Positions 53,230 to 63,612 of a DNA stretch of 64,000 nucleotides are shown here, one piece after another. This DNA is from an uncultured Verrucomicrobiae bacterium (GTDB lineage Bacteria; Verrucomicrobiota; Verrucomicrobiia; Chthoniobacterales; JAFAMB01): positions 448,001 to 512,000 of the forward strand of contig CAWEXO010000011.1 in assembly GCA_963813025.1 (NCBI GenBank), given 5' to 3'. Every line of letters starts with the position of its first letter. Positions within the stretch are counted from its first letter, which is position 1. Made by a program: the position numbers and the translations under genes. The notes under the pieces are model-generated. The model worked only from the letters and a program-made list of their open reading frames with translations, had not been told where the DNA came from and did no database searches.

Positions 53230-55104
53230 TTCTCAAAATAAGCGAGTTCCGAATGCGACGCGACGAACTTCCCGTTCGGCCAGGCAAATTCTTAGAAAAT
53301 GGTGCAAATCCGATTGGTTCTGGCGACCGAAGGCCCAGGTTTGCTTTTCTCAGGCCAAAACAATGAAAGTTTTTGGAGTTAGTGCGATTTTGGGCGCCGA
53401 TACATGCCTCGCCAGGGCATAGCTCTGCCTTGGAAATTTGAGCGTTCCGCCTAGAGTATCGTCAATAGGCCTGCTTCAGGCAGGTGCCATCCGCCGAAGA
53501 TTTTCCCAGGCAGCGAAGAAGTCTTTTAGCCAACTGTTGTAACCCATGATCCGATAAATGATCCTCCGACCGCTGCGCACGATCTGTGCCGGCAACAACA
53601 CAATGGCATGCAGGAAGCGCCGGAACTCCATCTGGACTAGCTCCAGCCCCCTTTGCCGATTGGGCATAAGCAGTCCATACCAGGATTTGAGATTCCAGGC
53701 CAGGGCACTGATGACCATGTAAGCCCAATTACTGAGGAGATCGTCTACCGGCATGCGCATGGCGTTAACCCCATTTTTGAGTTGCTCGATCACATTTTCC
53801 TGGTCACACCGCTGGTTGGCCAGCGCCACGATCTCTTGGGCCCGATAATTGGTGTGGTTGGTGAGATAGAAGAAGTATTTAATCTCTTCCAAGAGCACCG
53901 TTTCCCCTTTCTGGAGGCTGATGTTTTTGCGCATCACCACCAGCCGATAGCTGCGTCCGCATTTGAGTGGCTGATAATTAAACTCGGCCACGCTTTCGCC
54001 CACCAACTTTTTATTCAAGTACCCCTTAAAGCGCACAATCGCCTCCTTGATCCGATGGGGCTTACGTCGCGGCTCAGTGGCAATTTCATAGCGAGCCAAG
54101 CGTTCAAGCGGCTGCCAGCCTGCTTCCGGCAAGGCTTCGGCCAGTTGCACTACTTTCTGATGAGCATCCATGCCAAAGAGAAATTTGATCCCTTGGCTAT
54201 CCCAACGATCTAACTCGGCGCTGAGCGTAAAATCGCTGTCCCCGCGCAGCGTGATCTCACCGGCATGGGGGCGCACTAACTCGATGGCCCGCTCAATCCA
54301 TGGCACACATCCTTCATGGCTGACGACGTTGCCCGGCCGATTAACCAGATAAAGCACTTCTCGGGTGTTTGCCAACGAGACAATCAAGGGCGCATAACCC
54401 CAGATGCCTTTGTAGGAAAGCCCTACTCCGCCTTTGCACGCCCCTAAAGTCGGAGCCATTGTGCCATCGATATCAAGAAAGGCTTGGGCAAGAAAAGCCC
54501 GAGGCTGCTTTTTCCACACCCGCTGCCGAGTCGTGTTGATGGCTTCCAGCAAATCCAGAATCGAGCCTTGGTCAAAGCGCCGGGTGAAATCTCCGCTGGT
54601 AGTCGGATCAGGGATACGTTGCGCGCCCAGACCCTCCAGGAAAGCTTCATCGTTGCGCCGCAACTCGATATCTTCCAGCCGTTGGCCATCGAACAGTGCA
54701 TTGTAGGCCAGGTTCAACACATGATCGCTTTCGTGATAGGGCAAATGCCGCTTGAGAAGCTGCACCCGCCCATCGATCTCCTCGGCTAATCCTAGCCGCT
54801 GCCCCATTAGATGGATCGCGCCAATACCGCCGTAGTTTACCGCCCGGTTACGTTCAGCCATCTCAAAATGGATGTTGCTGGCACTCAGCATCGGTGTCGG
54901 CTGTTCACTCCATCGCCGCTCAGGATCCAAACGACGTTCGATTCGGCGCTTGCGATTACGCAGGATCTTCGGATAACTTCTACTCACTCGAAATGCCTTT
55001 CTTCCTTGGTCTGGTTAGCTTTGCACTTCCCAGCAAACCAAGCATCGAAGCGCATTTCGAGCTTTTTTGTCCCCTCATGCGGTTAAATCACGCTTCCTTA
55101 AGGA
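53230..55104 (-). mobile_element. IS1380-family element, copy 1
   Basis: 1875 bp bounded by CTAG on both sides; near-identical to 55109-56983. Confidence 0.88.
53476..54987 (-). CDS. IS1380-family transposase
   Basis: LDIDGT, GYAPL, LRGDSDF, RCDQENVIEQLK, N.AY...LAWNL. Confidence 0.88.
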   Translation of the reverse strand: MSRSYPKILRNRKRRIERRLDPERRWSEQPTPMLSASNIHFEMAERNRAVNYGGIGAIHLMGQRLGLAEEIDGRVQLLKRHLPYHESDHVLNLAYNALFDGQRLEDIELRRNDEAFLEGLGAQRIPDPTTSGDFTRRFDQGSILDLLEAINTTRQRVWKKQPRAFLAQAFLDIDGTMAPTLGACKGGVGLSYKGIWGYAPLIVSLANTREVLYLVNRPGNVVSHEGCVPWIERAIELVRPHAGEITLRGDSDFTLSAELDRWDSQGIKFLFGMDAHQKVVQLAEALPEAGWQPLERLARYEIATEPRRKPHRIKEAIVRFKGYLNKKLVGESVAEFNYQPLKCGRSYRLVVMRKNISLQKGETVLLEEIKYFFYLTNHTNYRAQEIVALANQRCDQENVIEQLKNGVNAMRMPVDDLLSNWAYMVISALAWNLKSWYGLLMPNRQRGLELVQMEFRRFLHAIVLLPAQIVRSGRRIIYRIMGYNSWLKDFFAAWENLRRMAPA

Positions 55105-55108
55105 CTAG

Positions 55109-56983
55109 TCTCAAAATAAGCGAGTTCCGAATGCGACGCGACGAACTTCCCGTTCGGCCAGGCAAATTCTTAGAAAATGGTGCAAATCCGGTTGGTTCTG
55201 GCGACCGAAGGCCCAGGTTTGCTTTTCTCAGGCCAAAACAATGAAAGTTTTTGGAGTTAGTGCGATTTTGGGCGCCGATACATGCCTCGCCAGGGCATAG
55301 CTCTGCCTTGGAAATTTGAGCGTTCCGCCTAGAGTATCGTCAATAGGCCTGCTTCAGGCAGGTGCCATCCGCCGAAGATTTTCCCAGGCAGCGAAGAAGT
55401 CTTTTAGCCAACTGTTGTAACCCATGATCCGATAAATGATCCTCCGACCGCTGCGCACGATCTGTGCCGGCAACAACACAATGGCATGCAGGAAGCGCCG
55501 GAACTCCATCTGGACTAGCTCCAGCCCCCTTTGCCGATTGGGCATAAGCAGTCCATACCAGGATTTGAGATTCCAGGCCAGGGCACTGATGACCATGTAA
55601 GCCCAATTACTGAGGAGATCGTCTACCGGCATGCGCATGGCGTTAACCCCATTTTTGAGTTGCTCGATCACATTCTCCTGGTCACACCGCTGGTTGGCCA
55701 GCGCCACGATCTCTTGGGCCCGATAATTGGTGTGGTTGGTGAGATAGAAGAAGTATCTAATCTCTTCCAAGAGCACCGTTTCCCCTTTCTGGAGGCTGAT
55801 GTTTTTGCGCATCACCACCAGCCGATAGCTGCGTCCGCATTTGAGTGGCTGATAATTAAACTCGGCCACGCTTTCGCCCACCAACTTTTTGTTCAAGTAC
55901 CCCTTAAACCGCACAATTGCCTCCTTGACCCGAAGGGGCTTACGTCGCGGCTCAGTGGCAATTTCATAGCGAGCCAAGCGTTCCAGCGGCTGCCAGCCTG
56001 CTTCCGGCAAGGCTTCGGCCAGTTGCACTACTTTCTGATGAGCATCCATGCCAAAGAGAAATTTGATCCCTTGGCTATCCCAACGATCTAACTCGGCGCT
56101 GAGCGTAAAATCGCTGTCCCCGCGCAGCGTGATCTCACCGGCATGGGGGCGCACCAACTCGATGGCCCGCTCAATCCATGGCACACATCCTTCATGGCTG
56201 ACGACGTTGCCCGGCCGATTAACCAGATAAAGCACTTCTCGGGTGTTTGCCAACGAGACAATCAAGGGCGCATAACCCCAGATGCCTTTGTAGGAAAGCC
56301 CTACTCCGCCTTTGCACGCCCCTAAAGTCGGAGCCATTGTGCCATCGATATCAAGAAAGGCTTGGGCAAGAAAAGCCCGAGGCTGCTTTTTCCACACCCG
56401 CTGCCGAGTCGTGTTGATGGCTTCCAGCAAATCCAGAATCGAGCCTTGGTCAAAGCGCCGGGTGAAATCTCCGCTGGTAGTCGGATCAGGGATACGTTGC
56501 GCGCCCAGACCCTCCAGGAAAGCTTCATCGTTGCGCCGCAACTCGATATCTTCCAGCCGTTGGCCATCCAACAGTGCATTGTAGGCCAGGTTCAACACAT
56601 GATCGCTTTCGTGATAGGGCAAATGCCGCTTGAGAAGCTGCACCCGCCCATCGATCTCCTCGGCTAATCCTAGCCGCTGCCCCATTAGATGGATCGCGCC
56701 AATACCGCCGTAGTTTACCGCCCGGTTACGTTCAGCCATCTCAAAATGGATGTTGCTGGCACTCAGCATCGGTGTCGGCTGTTCACTCCATCGCCGCTCA
56801 GGATCCAAACGACGTTCGATTCGGCGCTTGCGATTACGCAGGATCTTCGGATAACTTCTACTCACTCGAAATGCCTTTCTTCCTTGGTCTGGTTAGCTTT
56901 GCACTTCCCAGCAAACCAAGCATCGAAGCGCATTTCGAGCTTTTTTTGTCCCCTCATGCGGTTAAATCACGCTTCCTTAAGGA
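55109..56983 (-). mobile_element. IS1380-family element, copy 2
   Basis: Head-to-tail with copy 1, separated by CTAG at 55105-55108. Confidence 0.88.
55354..56865 (-). CDS. IS1380-family transposase
   Basis: 503 aa; four amino-acid differences from copy 1. Confidence 0.88.
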   Translation of the reverse strand: MSRSYPKILRNRKRRIERRLDPERRWSEQPTPMLSASNIHFEMAERNRAVNYGGIGAIHLMGQRLGLAEEIDGRVQLLKRHLPYHESDHVLNLAYNALLDGQRLEDIELRRNDEAFLEGLGAQRIPDPTTSGDFTRRFDQGSILDLLEAINTTRQRVWKKQPRAFLAQAFLDIDGTMAPTLGACKGGVGLSYKGIWGYAPLIVSLANTREVLYLVNRPGNVVSHEGCVPWIERAIELVRPHAGEITLRGDSDFTLSAELDRWDSQGIKFLFGMDAHQKVVQLAEALPEAGWQPLERLARYEIATEPRRKPLRVKEAIVRFKGYLNKKLVGESVAEFNYQPLKCGRSYRLVVMRKNISLQKGETVLLEEIRYFFYLTNHTNYRAQEIVALANQRCDQENVIEQLKNGVNAMRMPVDDLLSNWAYMVISALAWNLKSWYGLLMPNRQRGLELVQMEFRRFLHAIVLLPAQIVRSGRRIIYRIMGYNSWLKDFFAAWENLRRMAPA

Positions 56984-56987
56984 CTAG

Positions 56988-57080
56988 TGTAGCGTCTCTT
57001 AAATAATGGTGAGTCATTTTTGGAGGATTCCCCAGAAGCGGAACAGATAAAAGTGTCACTATGATTTCAGAGACACATGA
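56988..57080. mobile_element. ~93-bp MITE with IS630-like ends
   Basis: CTAGTGTAGCGTCTCTTAAATAAT versus reverse complement of the right end CTAGTCATGTGTCTCTGAAATCAT. Confidence 0.6.
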
Positions 57081-57137
57081 CTAGCTTACAGCTCGTTTAT
57101 TATTACCAGCTATTTAACAAAGATGACATTAGTTACT

Positions 57138-57503
57138 TTAGGACGGGAATGTATAGGAGATCGGGAGAAGGTACACGCCACTTACTGAGGGTTTGAATTG
57201 CCAGTGCAAGTGTACCCAGCGGGAAGAATAAGCTGCCAAGATCGCGCTGGTGGATTCTGCGGTCACCTTTATCATTTTACCCTTCACCACCTGGATGCGA
57301 ACTTGGACATCGCATTTAAGCTTAAGGGAGCGTACCTCCTGGGGATAAGTTGGTATTGGGTGCTGGCTGGCAACCCGGTCGAGCGCGATTCCCGTAACGA
57401 CTAGTGGTTTGAGTTCCGCTGCTAACGATTGGTAAGCAGTCGACGAGAAGATAGTGATTGTTATGATCGCGATAAAACTTCGAATAAGCCTGAGTTTTGA
57501 CAT
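57138..57503 (-). CDS. Small secreted protein resembling the TonB C-terminal domain
   Basis: Signal peptide; PIPTYP...DVQVRIQV...WQFKP...LPISY. Confidence 0.6.
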   Translation of the reverse strand: MSKLRLIRSFIAIITITIFSSTAYQSLAAELKPLVVTGIALDRVASQHPIPTYPQEVRSLKLKCDVQVRIQVVKGKMIKVTAESTSAILAAYSSRWVHLHWQFKPSVSGVYLLPISYTFPS

Positions 57504-57881
57504 AGATATGTTATCTCTAATTGGTTCTTGGTAATTGCACGGTAGGTTACAGCGTGCCGATTTTTTGTCTGTAACCCGAACGGATGAAGGACGACTGGTG
57601 CGGTGACCGTGTACAGAGCATGCCTTAGCCATTGATCAAGCGTTTGACGCCTGGCTGAGTTTCATCAAAACTAACAAGATAGCCGAGGCGGAGATTGGCC
57701 AGGCGGGTGTACGTCAGAACTTGCTTCGGGTACAGCCGGGAGCGGCTTTGATTTCAGTGCGAGAAAAATCCGTTCTCAACGAAACAAAATGTAATATTTG
57801 TCAATCACTCCGTAGTATTACTGTCCGTGAAAATCTTGTTTTCCTGCGAGGATTTACGAGGAGGTGAACAGTTTGAAGGTT

Positions 57882-57936
57882 GACCGGCAAGATGCCAGTG
57901 TCACGACGGGAAAGTGGCACAGGCTTCCAGCCTGTC
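57882..57936. repeat. Inverted REP-like doublet
   Basis: gaccggcaagatgccagtgtcac and gtggcacaggcttccagcctgtc are imperfect reverse complements, each with an internal hairpin. Confidence 0.65.
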
Positions 57937-58233
57937 AGTGGAGTCTGCGCGGATGCTCTGGTTGCGGCTCTGCTGCGCCGTGCACACCGTGGCCTCCGTT
58001 CGAGGCTCTCTTGTGCTCCGCCGGCGATTGCCTTGGAAGTTCATGCGCCGCGGGAGCGGGGCTCGGTCGTTATCAAAGAAATTACCGCCAAGATACCCGG
58101 CGCTTTATTTTATCTCGGCGGCAATATCCCCAGCATTGATGGCCGGCGCGCTTTCAGGAATTTTTGGAACCGCAGCCACTCGTGCGGCAGTCGAGCCATT
58201 TGCTGATCAAAAAAAGAGAAGAACTGACCTGCC

Positions 58234-59601
58234 TCAGCCCTCTCGCTCTTCCCCTGAATCGAGGTTGAGTCCCAACTGAAGGTCGAGTACCGGAATCGTG
58301 GGTAGCGAATTCGCACCGATAATCCCCTGCAGATCCCCGTACATACCTGAGACGCTGTTGAGGACTCCATCGATCTGCTTCTCCCGCGCATTCCAATGGC
58401 TGCTAATCGCGCGCTTTTCGCGCTCCAGCGCCAACTGCATCTGGATAAACGTCTGGAGAATTGCGTTCACCCGTTCGCGGAACTCCGGTCCGGTGAGATA
58501 CTGATATAGTACGTTCATTTTCTGGTCGCGCCCTTCGGCCGAGAGTCGCGCATATGCCAGGCTGATGACCTGTTGCCGGAGCACCGTGGCCAGTCCAGGC
58601 AGGGCCGTGAGGTCGCAAACCCAGATTCCTTCAATTTGCTCAAAATGCCGGACGCCGTCCGGCAGAGAAGTGGAGACCAGCACGCCAAACTCCGATTTAC
58701 CCGCTATCATGTCTTTGCGCACCTTCTCCAGCCAGCGTTGATTCCAATTTTGCGCGTTTTTTGTTTCCCAAGTGATCGTACCGCAGGTTCGTCCACCGGT
58801 TGCCACCACCGTCTGGAGCACGTCCGCGCCATGCACCCCTTTGGCGATGGCGTGAACCCCATCGGTGGGAAAGCGGGTGTGCAATTCGCGCTCCAAGATC
58901 AGCTCGAGTGCCTCCCCCTGCAGTTGCTGCGAGCCCTGCTCCATTCGTCGGCGCAGATCCTCCGCTGCTAAACGGGCATCATCCCGTTGTTTTTCCAGCT
59001 CGGCCTGCTTCAAGCGCAAGGTATCGAGTTCCGTCTGATATTTTTCGCGAGCCGCCTGGTCCGCCTGGCGGGCAGATTCCCGACCAAGGTTTTCCCTGGT
59101 TTCGCAAATCGCTTGGGCGATCGCAGCTTCTTTCTCGACCTGAAGTTGAGTGACTTTGGCCAAGAGCTCGACCCCTTCCCTGCTCTTTTGCGAGAGCTGA
59201 TCGGTCAAATTCTGGAGCAAGCTGTTCTGTTGTTGGAAACGTTCTTCGAACAGTCGTTCCCGGATCTGCGACCGCTCATGCTCTTCTTCAGACGCTTGAC
59301 GCCGAGCGCGTTCCAACTCGATTCGCGCTATGCCCATTAGCCGTTCGTGCTCCGCGCGCGCCTTGAACAGTTGCTCCTGGACGGCACTCAGCTGTTGCTC
59401 GTAGCCCTTGGAGAGGTCGGCCACCAGGCTCGTCCGAACGCTCTCCGAAAACCTGGCTCGCTCTTCGACGAGGTCACGCTGCCTTCGCTGAACAATAGCC
59501 TCGCTCAGCGCCTCCCGTAGACGGAAACGATGTGCCCGATCGGCTGGGCAAGCAATCTCTTCGTCGAGGCTAATCAAGATGAAATCAGAATCCCCACTCA
59601 T
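58234..59601 (-). CDS. DUF2130-family coiled-coil protein
   Basis: QGSQQLQGEALE, KGVHGADV, WETKNAQNW, GMYGDLQGIIG. Confidence 0.85.
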   Translation of the reverse strand: MSGDSDFILISLDEEIACPADRAHRFRLREALSEAIVQRRQRDLVEERARFSESVRTSLVADLSKGYEQQLSAVQEQLFKARAEHERLMGIARIELERARRQASEEEHERSQIRERLFEERFQQQNSLLQNLTDQLSQKSREGVELLAKVTQLQVEKEAAIAQAICETRENLGRESARQADQAAREKYQTELDTLRLKQAELEKQRDDARLAAEDLRRRMEQGSQQLQGEALELILERELHTRFPTDGVHAIAKGVHGADVLQTVVATGGRTCGTITWETKNAQNWNQRWLEKVRKDMIAGKSEFGVLVSTSLPDGVRHFEQIEGIWVCDLTALPGLATVLRQQVISLAYARLSAEGRDQKMNVLYQYLTGPEFRERVNAILQTFIQMQLALEREKRAISSHWNAREKQIDGVLNSVSGMYGDLQGIIGANSLPTIPVLDLQLGLNLDSGEEREG

Positions 59602-59739
59602 AGAATCAAATCGAGCGCGACTTTGCCGCCGCACGCTTCTCCATGTTTTCTCTTTAGTCGGTCAGCCGCAAAAGGGAAAGCAGCGGGTTGAGCGGCTTGA
59701 GCGGCCGTCCGCGCTACGCTCAGGCCGTTCAACCCGCTT

Positions 59740-60870
59740 TTAGACGATGACAATGTCGATCCCTGGCAGCTCTCGAATGAGATCGTCGTGCAGAGCCCGA
59801 CCGAAAGGCCAAAGGCGCTTTTTGCCAGGACGCCCGAGCACCACGTGCGTGATGCCATATTCTTTGGCAAACGAGATCAAGGCGCGCGCGACGTCTTCGT
59901 TCTTTAGCGAAATGACAAGACCGCCCATCTTTTGCGCGGCCTCCAGCGTATCGGCTACACGCCGCTGCACCTCGGCGTCAATCTTCACCGCGGATTCCTG
60001 CGGAGTGCGTACGTAGACTGCGTACCACGCAGCATTGAGTTGGGCCGCCAGCCGGGCCGTCTTTCGGAGAAGACGGCCAGGATCCGGACCGCTGCTGCTG
60101 ATGGCCACCATGACCTGGCCTAACGCGCTCGTCTTTGAATCCTGTTCTGACGTTTCTCGCTGTTTGCGGTCGAGCAGATTAGCAGTCTCGCTCAGGGTCA
60201 TCTCGCGCAGACGTGTGAGATTTTTGCTGGTGAAGAAGTTGGCCAGGGCCAATTCGATTCGTTCCTTCGGATAGATCTTGCCGGCTTGCAGGCGTTCCTG
60301 CAGATCTTCGGCAGGCAGGTCAATGTTAATGATCTGATCGGCCCGCGCGATCACTTCGTCCGGCACTCGTTCTTTGACCCTTACCCCGGTTGCTTCCTCG
60401 ACAATGTTATAGAGGGACTCGAAATGCTGGACGTTTACCGTCGTGATGACACTGATGCCGGCTCGGAGCAGGTCTTCAACGTCCTCATACCTCTTACGGT
60501 TGCGGCTCTGCGGGGCATTGCTGTGGGCAAGTTCATCGACAAGCGCCACCGTCGGTTTGCGTTCAAGAACCGCATCCAGATCCATCTCGCGCACAACAAT
60601 CCCGTGATACTGCGCCATTAACGGTGGGACGATTTCCAAGTCGTTAATCTGCGCGATGGTTTCCGGGCGGTCATGCGGCTCAACATAGCCAATTACCACA
60701 TCGACGCCCTGTCGCCTCAAGCGATTACCCTCTGCCAGCATCTGGTAGGTCTTACCAACACCGGCACACGGCCCGAGATAGACCTTTAGCTTTCCTAATT
60801 GCTGCCGGCGAATAATCGTCAAAAAATCGTCAGCCGTAGGTCTTAGATTCGGGGGGTCGACCGACGTCAT
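59740..60870 (-). CDS. kdpD: Short KdpD (N-terminal sensor plus USP domain only)
   Basis: GKLKVYLGPCAGVGKTYQML, LVDELAHSN, TTVNVQH; USP-like tail; no TM or kinase domain. Confidence 0.88.
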   Translation of the reverse strand: MTSVDPPNLRPTADDFLTIIRRQQLGKLKVYLGPCAGVGKTYQMLAEGNRLRRQGVDVVIGYVEPHDRPETIAQINDLEIVPPLMAQYHGIVVREMDLDAVLERKPTVALVDELAHSNAPQSRNRKRYEDVEDLLRAGISVITTVNVQHFESLYNIVEEATGVRVKERVPDEVIARADQIINIDLPAEDLQERLQAGKIYPKERIELALANFFTSKNLTRLREMTLSETANLLDRKQRETSEQDSKTSALGQVMVAISSSGPDPGRLLRKTARLAAQLNAAWYAVYVRTPQESAVKIDAEVQRRVADTLEAAQKMGGLVISLKNEDVARALISFAKEYGITHVVLGRPGKKRLWPFGRALHDDLIRELPGIDIVIV

Positions 60871-60873
60871 ACG

Positions 60874-61485
60874 CTAAAGAGATTTTTGCGTTTTGTCGCT
60901 GGTCAGGCGGTCCAGAGCCAGATTGAGCTCCAGAACATTCACCCCCTCGTCACCACCCAGAAAGCCGAGCAAGGGGTGCCTGGTCGCGCGGACGATTTCA
61001 GCGTCAACCGCGGCCTGCTTCAGCCCACGTTCCTTGGTGACGCGCGGCGCCTGAAGCTTCGCATTGGCGGAACTGATGTCAGGATCGAGCCCGCTCCCTG
61101 AAGCCGTCACCGCATCAGCAGGTACGAGCGTCGAAGCGGACAATCCATTCTCTTTGCGATAGGCTTCGATATTGGCTTTGATCGTATCGACCAACTTTTG
61201 CGAAGTTGGCCCGAGGTTTGAGCCGCCCGAGTTTAGCACATCATAGGGATAAGTGCTGATGGCCGAGGGGCGCGGATGAAAATATTGTGGACCACTAAAG
61301 CCCTGCGCCAGCAATGCGGAACCGGCTACCTGACCATTGTTATCCACGAGACTACCGTTGGCCTGCCGGGGAAAGAGGATTTGGCTTAGGCCCCAAATCA
61401 AGACCGGATAAATTCCGCTGACAACGATACAAAGAATCACCGTCGCCAGGATTGAATTCTTCAGTTCTATTAGAAATGTTTTCAT
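60874..61485 (-). CDS. kdpC: K+-transporting ATPase subunit C
   Basis: QANGSL, YFHPRPSA, SGGSNLGP, VTASGSGLDPDIS, VNVLELNLALD. Confidence 0.96.
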   Translation of the reverse strand: MKTFLIELKNSILATVILCIVVSGIYPVLIWGLSQILFPRQANGSLVDNNGQVAGSALLAQGFSGPQYFHPRPSAISTYPYDVLNSGGSNLGPTSQKLVDTIKANIEAYRKENGLSASTLVPADAVTASGSGLDPDISSANAKLQAPRVTKERGLKQAAVDAEIVRATRHPLLGFLGGDEGVNVLELNLALDRLTSDKTQKSL

Positions 61486-61504
61486 AATTCGGGCAAGATT
61501 TTGG

Positions 61505-63541
61505 TCAGGCCAAGTGCAAGGCGGTGATGATCAGGTCGATCAGCTTGATCCCAATAAATGGCAGAATGATTCCTCCGGCGCCGTAAATAAGCAGGTTTCT
61601 TTGCAAAATCCTCGCGGCACCGAGCGGACGAAACCGGACTCCTCGAAGAGCCAGGGGAATCAAGGCAATAATGATTAACGCATTGAAAATTACCGCGCTC
61701 AGAATCGCGCTTTGCGGGGATTTCAAGAACATGATATTCAGCGGAGCGATCTGCGGAAAAGTGCCGACCAGCATGGCCGGAATGATCGCGAAATATTTTG
61801 CCACATCATTGGCGATGCTGAAGGTCGTGAGTGCTCCTCGAGTGATCAGTAACTGCTTTCCGATCTCGACGATCTCAATCAGCTTGGTCGGATTGGAATC
61901 GAGGTCGACCATGTTCCCTGCCTCCTTTGCCGCCTGGGTGCCGGTGTTCATTGCGACTCCCACGTCGGCTTGGGCCAGCGCCGGAGCATCGTTGGTGCCG
62001 TCTCCAGTCATCGCGACCAGGTGCCCAGCTTCCTGCTCCCGCCGGCAAAGAGCCAATTTGTTCTCGGGTTTGGCTTCGGCCAGGAAGTCGTCTACGCCGG
62101 CCTCTCGGGCAATCGCGGCCGCGGTTAGTGGGTTGTCGCCCGTAATCATCACCGTTCGGATGCCCATTGCGCGAAAACGTTCGAACCGGTCAGACAACCC
62201 ACCTTTGACGATATCTTTGAGCTGAACAGTGCCGAGCACCCGCGCATTCGACGCGACGACCAGCGGCGTGCCACCGTTACCCGCGATCTTGTCGACGTCT
62301 TGTTGCACTTCCGCGGGCATTTTGCCTCCAACAAAATTTCGAACGGCCTCGGCCGAGCCTTTCCGTAAGCTCGTCCCGTCCAGATCAACTCCGCTCATTC
62401 TAGTCTGCGCGCTGAAAGGTATGAAAGTGGCCTTTGGCATCTCGCTTAGCTCGCGTTCGCGGATGCCAAAACTTTTTGCCAAAACAACGATGCTGCGACC
62501 TTCGGGCGTTTCGTCGGCCAGTGAAGCGAGTTGCGCGGCATCGGCCAAATCTCGTTCCGTCACCCTTGGCGCCGGTAAAAACGCGGTCGCCTGCCGGTTG
62601 CCAATTGTGATGGTGCCAGTCTTGTCGAGCAGTAAGACATCAACATCACCGGCCGCTTCCACAGAACGGCCGCTCATCGCCAGGACGTTCTTCTGCACAA
62701 GTCGATCGATTCCCGCAATTCCTATTGCGCTAAGCAGTCCGCCGATCGTGGTGGGAATCAAGCAGACCAGCAGCGCCACCAAGACCGGAATGGTAAAGTC
62801 TACCTTGGTCGAGCTATCGAAAGCTGAGTAAGAGTTGCCAAAAGCTTTCAGCGACATCATCGCGATCAAAAAGATCAGCGTGAGCGCCGATAATAGAATA
62901 GTCAGGGCGATCTCATTCGGCGTCTTCTGTCGCACCGCCCCTTCTACCAACCGAATCATGCGATCCAGAAAGGTTTCTCCGGGGTTTGAGGTTATCAGGA
63001 CCTTGATCTGATCAGACAACACCTTGGTACCGCCCGTGACCGCGCTCCGGTCGCCTCCCGATTCCCGGATGACCGGCGCAGATTCCCCGGTGATGGCCGA
63101 TTCGTCAACCGTCGCGGCGCCCTCGATTACTTCACCGTCGCCGGGAATAAGTTCGCCGGCCGCGACGACTACCAGGTCGCCCTTCCGCAATTGCTCCGCC
63201 TGTACTTGCTCAACCGTGCCGTTGGCCTTCAACCGGTTCCCAAAACTTTGCGTCCGGGTCGCCCGCAAAGCCTTGGCCTGGGCTTTACCACGGCCTTCGG
63301 CCATGGCCTCGGCGAAATTCGCGAATAAGACAGTGAACCAAAGCCAGAGCGCAATCTGGAGTTGGAACCCGAAATGATCACGATGGTAAAAGAGCAGAAC
63401 TGTCGTGATCGCCGCCCCAACTTCGGTCACAAACATAACCGGATTCTTGGCCATGGTGATCGGATTGAGCTTTTTAAAAGATTCCATGATTGCCGGACCG
63501 ATGATGGCCGGATCAAAGATCGAATGGGATTTCGCTGCCAT
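61505..63541 (-). CDS. kdpB: K+-transporting ATPase subunit B
   Basis: NPVMF, TGES, DKTGT, TGDN, GDGTND. Confidence 0.98.
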   Translation of the reverse strand: MAAKSHSIFDPAIIGPAIMESFKKLNPITMAKNPVMFVTEVGAAITTVLLFYHRDHFGFQLQIALWLWFTVLFANFAEAMAEGRGKAQAKALRATRTQSFGNRLKANGTVEQVQAEQLRKGDLVVVAAGELIPGDGEVIEGAATVDESAITGESAPVIRESGGDRSAVTGGTKVLSDQIKVLITSNPGETFLDRMIRLVEGAVRQKTPNEIALTILLSALTLIFLIAMMSLKAFGNSYSAFDSSTKVDFTIPVLVALLVCLIPTTIGGLLSAIGIAGIDRLVQKNVLAMSGRSVEAAGDVDVLLLDKTGTITIGNRQATAFLPAPRVTERDLADAAQLASLADETPEGRSIVVLAKSFGIRERELSEMPKATFIPFSAQTRMSGVDLDGTSLRKGSAEAVRNFVGGKMPAEVQQDVDKIAGNGGTPLVVASNARVLGTVQLKDIVKGGLSDRFERFRAMGIRTVMITGDNPLTAAAIAREAGVDDFLAEAKPENKLALCRREQEAGHLVAMTGDGTNDAPALAQADVGVAMNTGTQAAKEAGNMVDLDSNPTKLIEIVEIGKQLLITRGALTTFSIANDVAKYFAIIPAMLVGTFPQIAPLNIMFLKSPQSAILSAVIFNALIIIALIPLALRGVRFRPLGAARILQRNLLIYGAGGIILPFIGIKLIDLIITALHLA

Positions 63542-63612
63542 GATAGTTGTTCTTAGAATTACTTGCTAAGCAGAATTTGATTGGATTTTCTCTTTGCTGC
63601 CCCCAACCTTCG

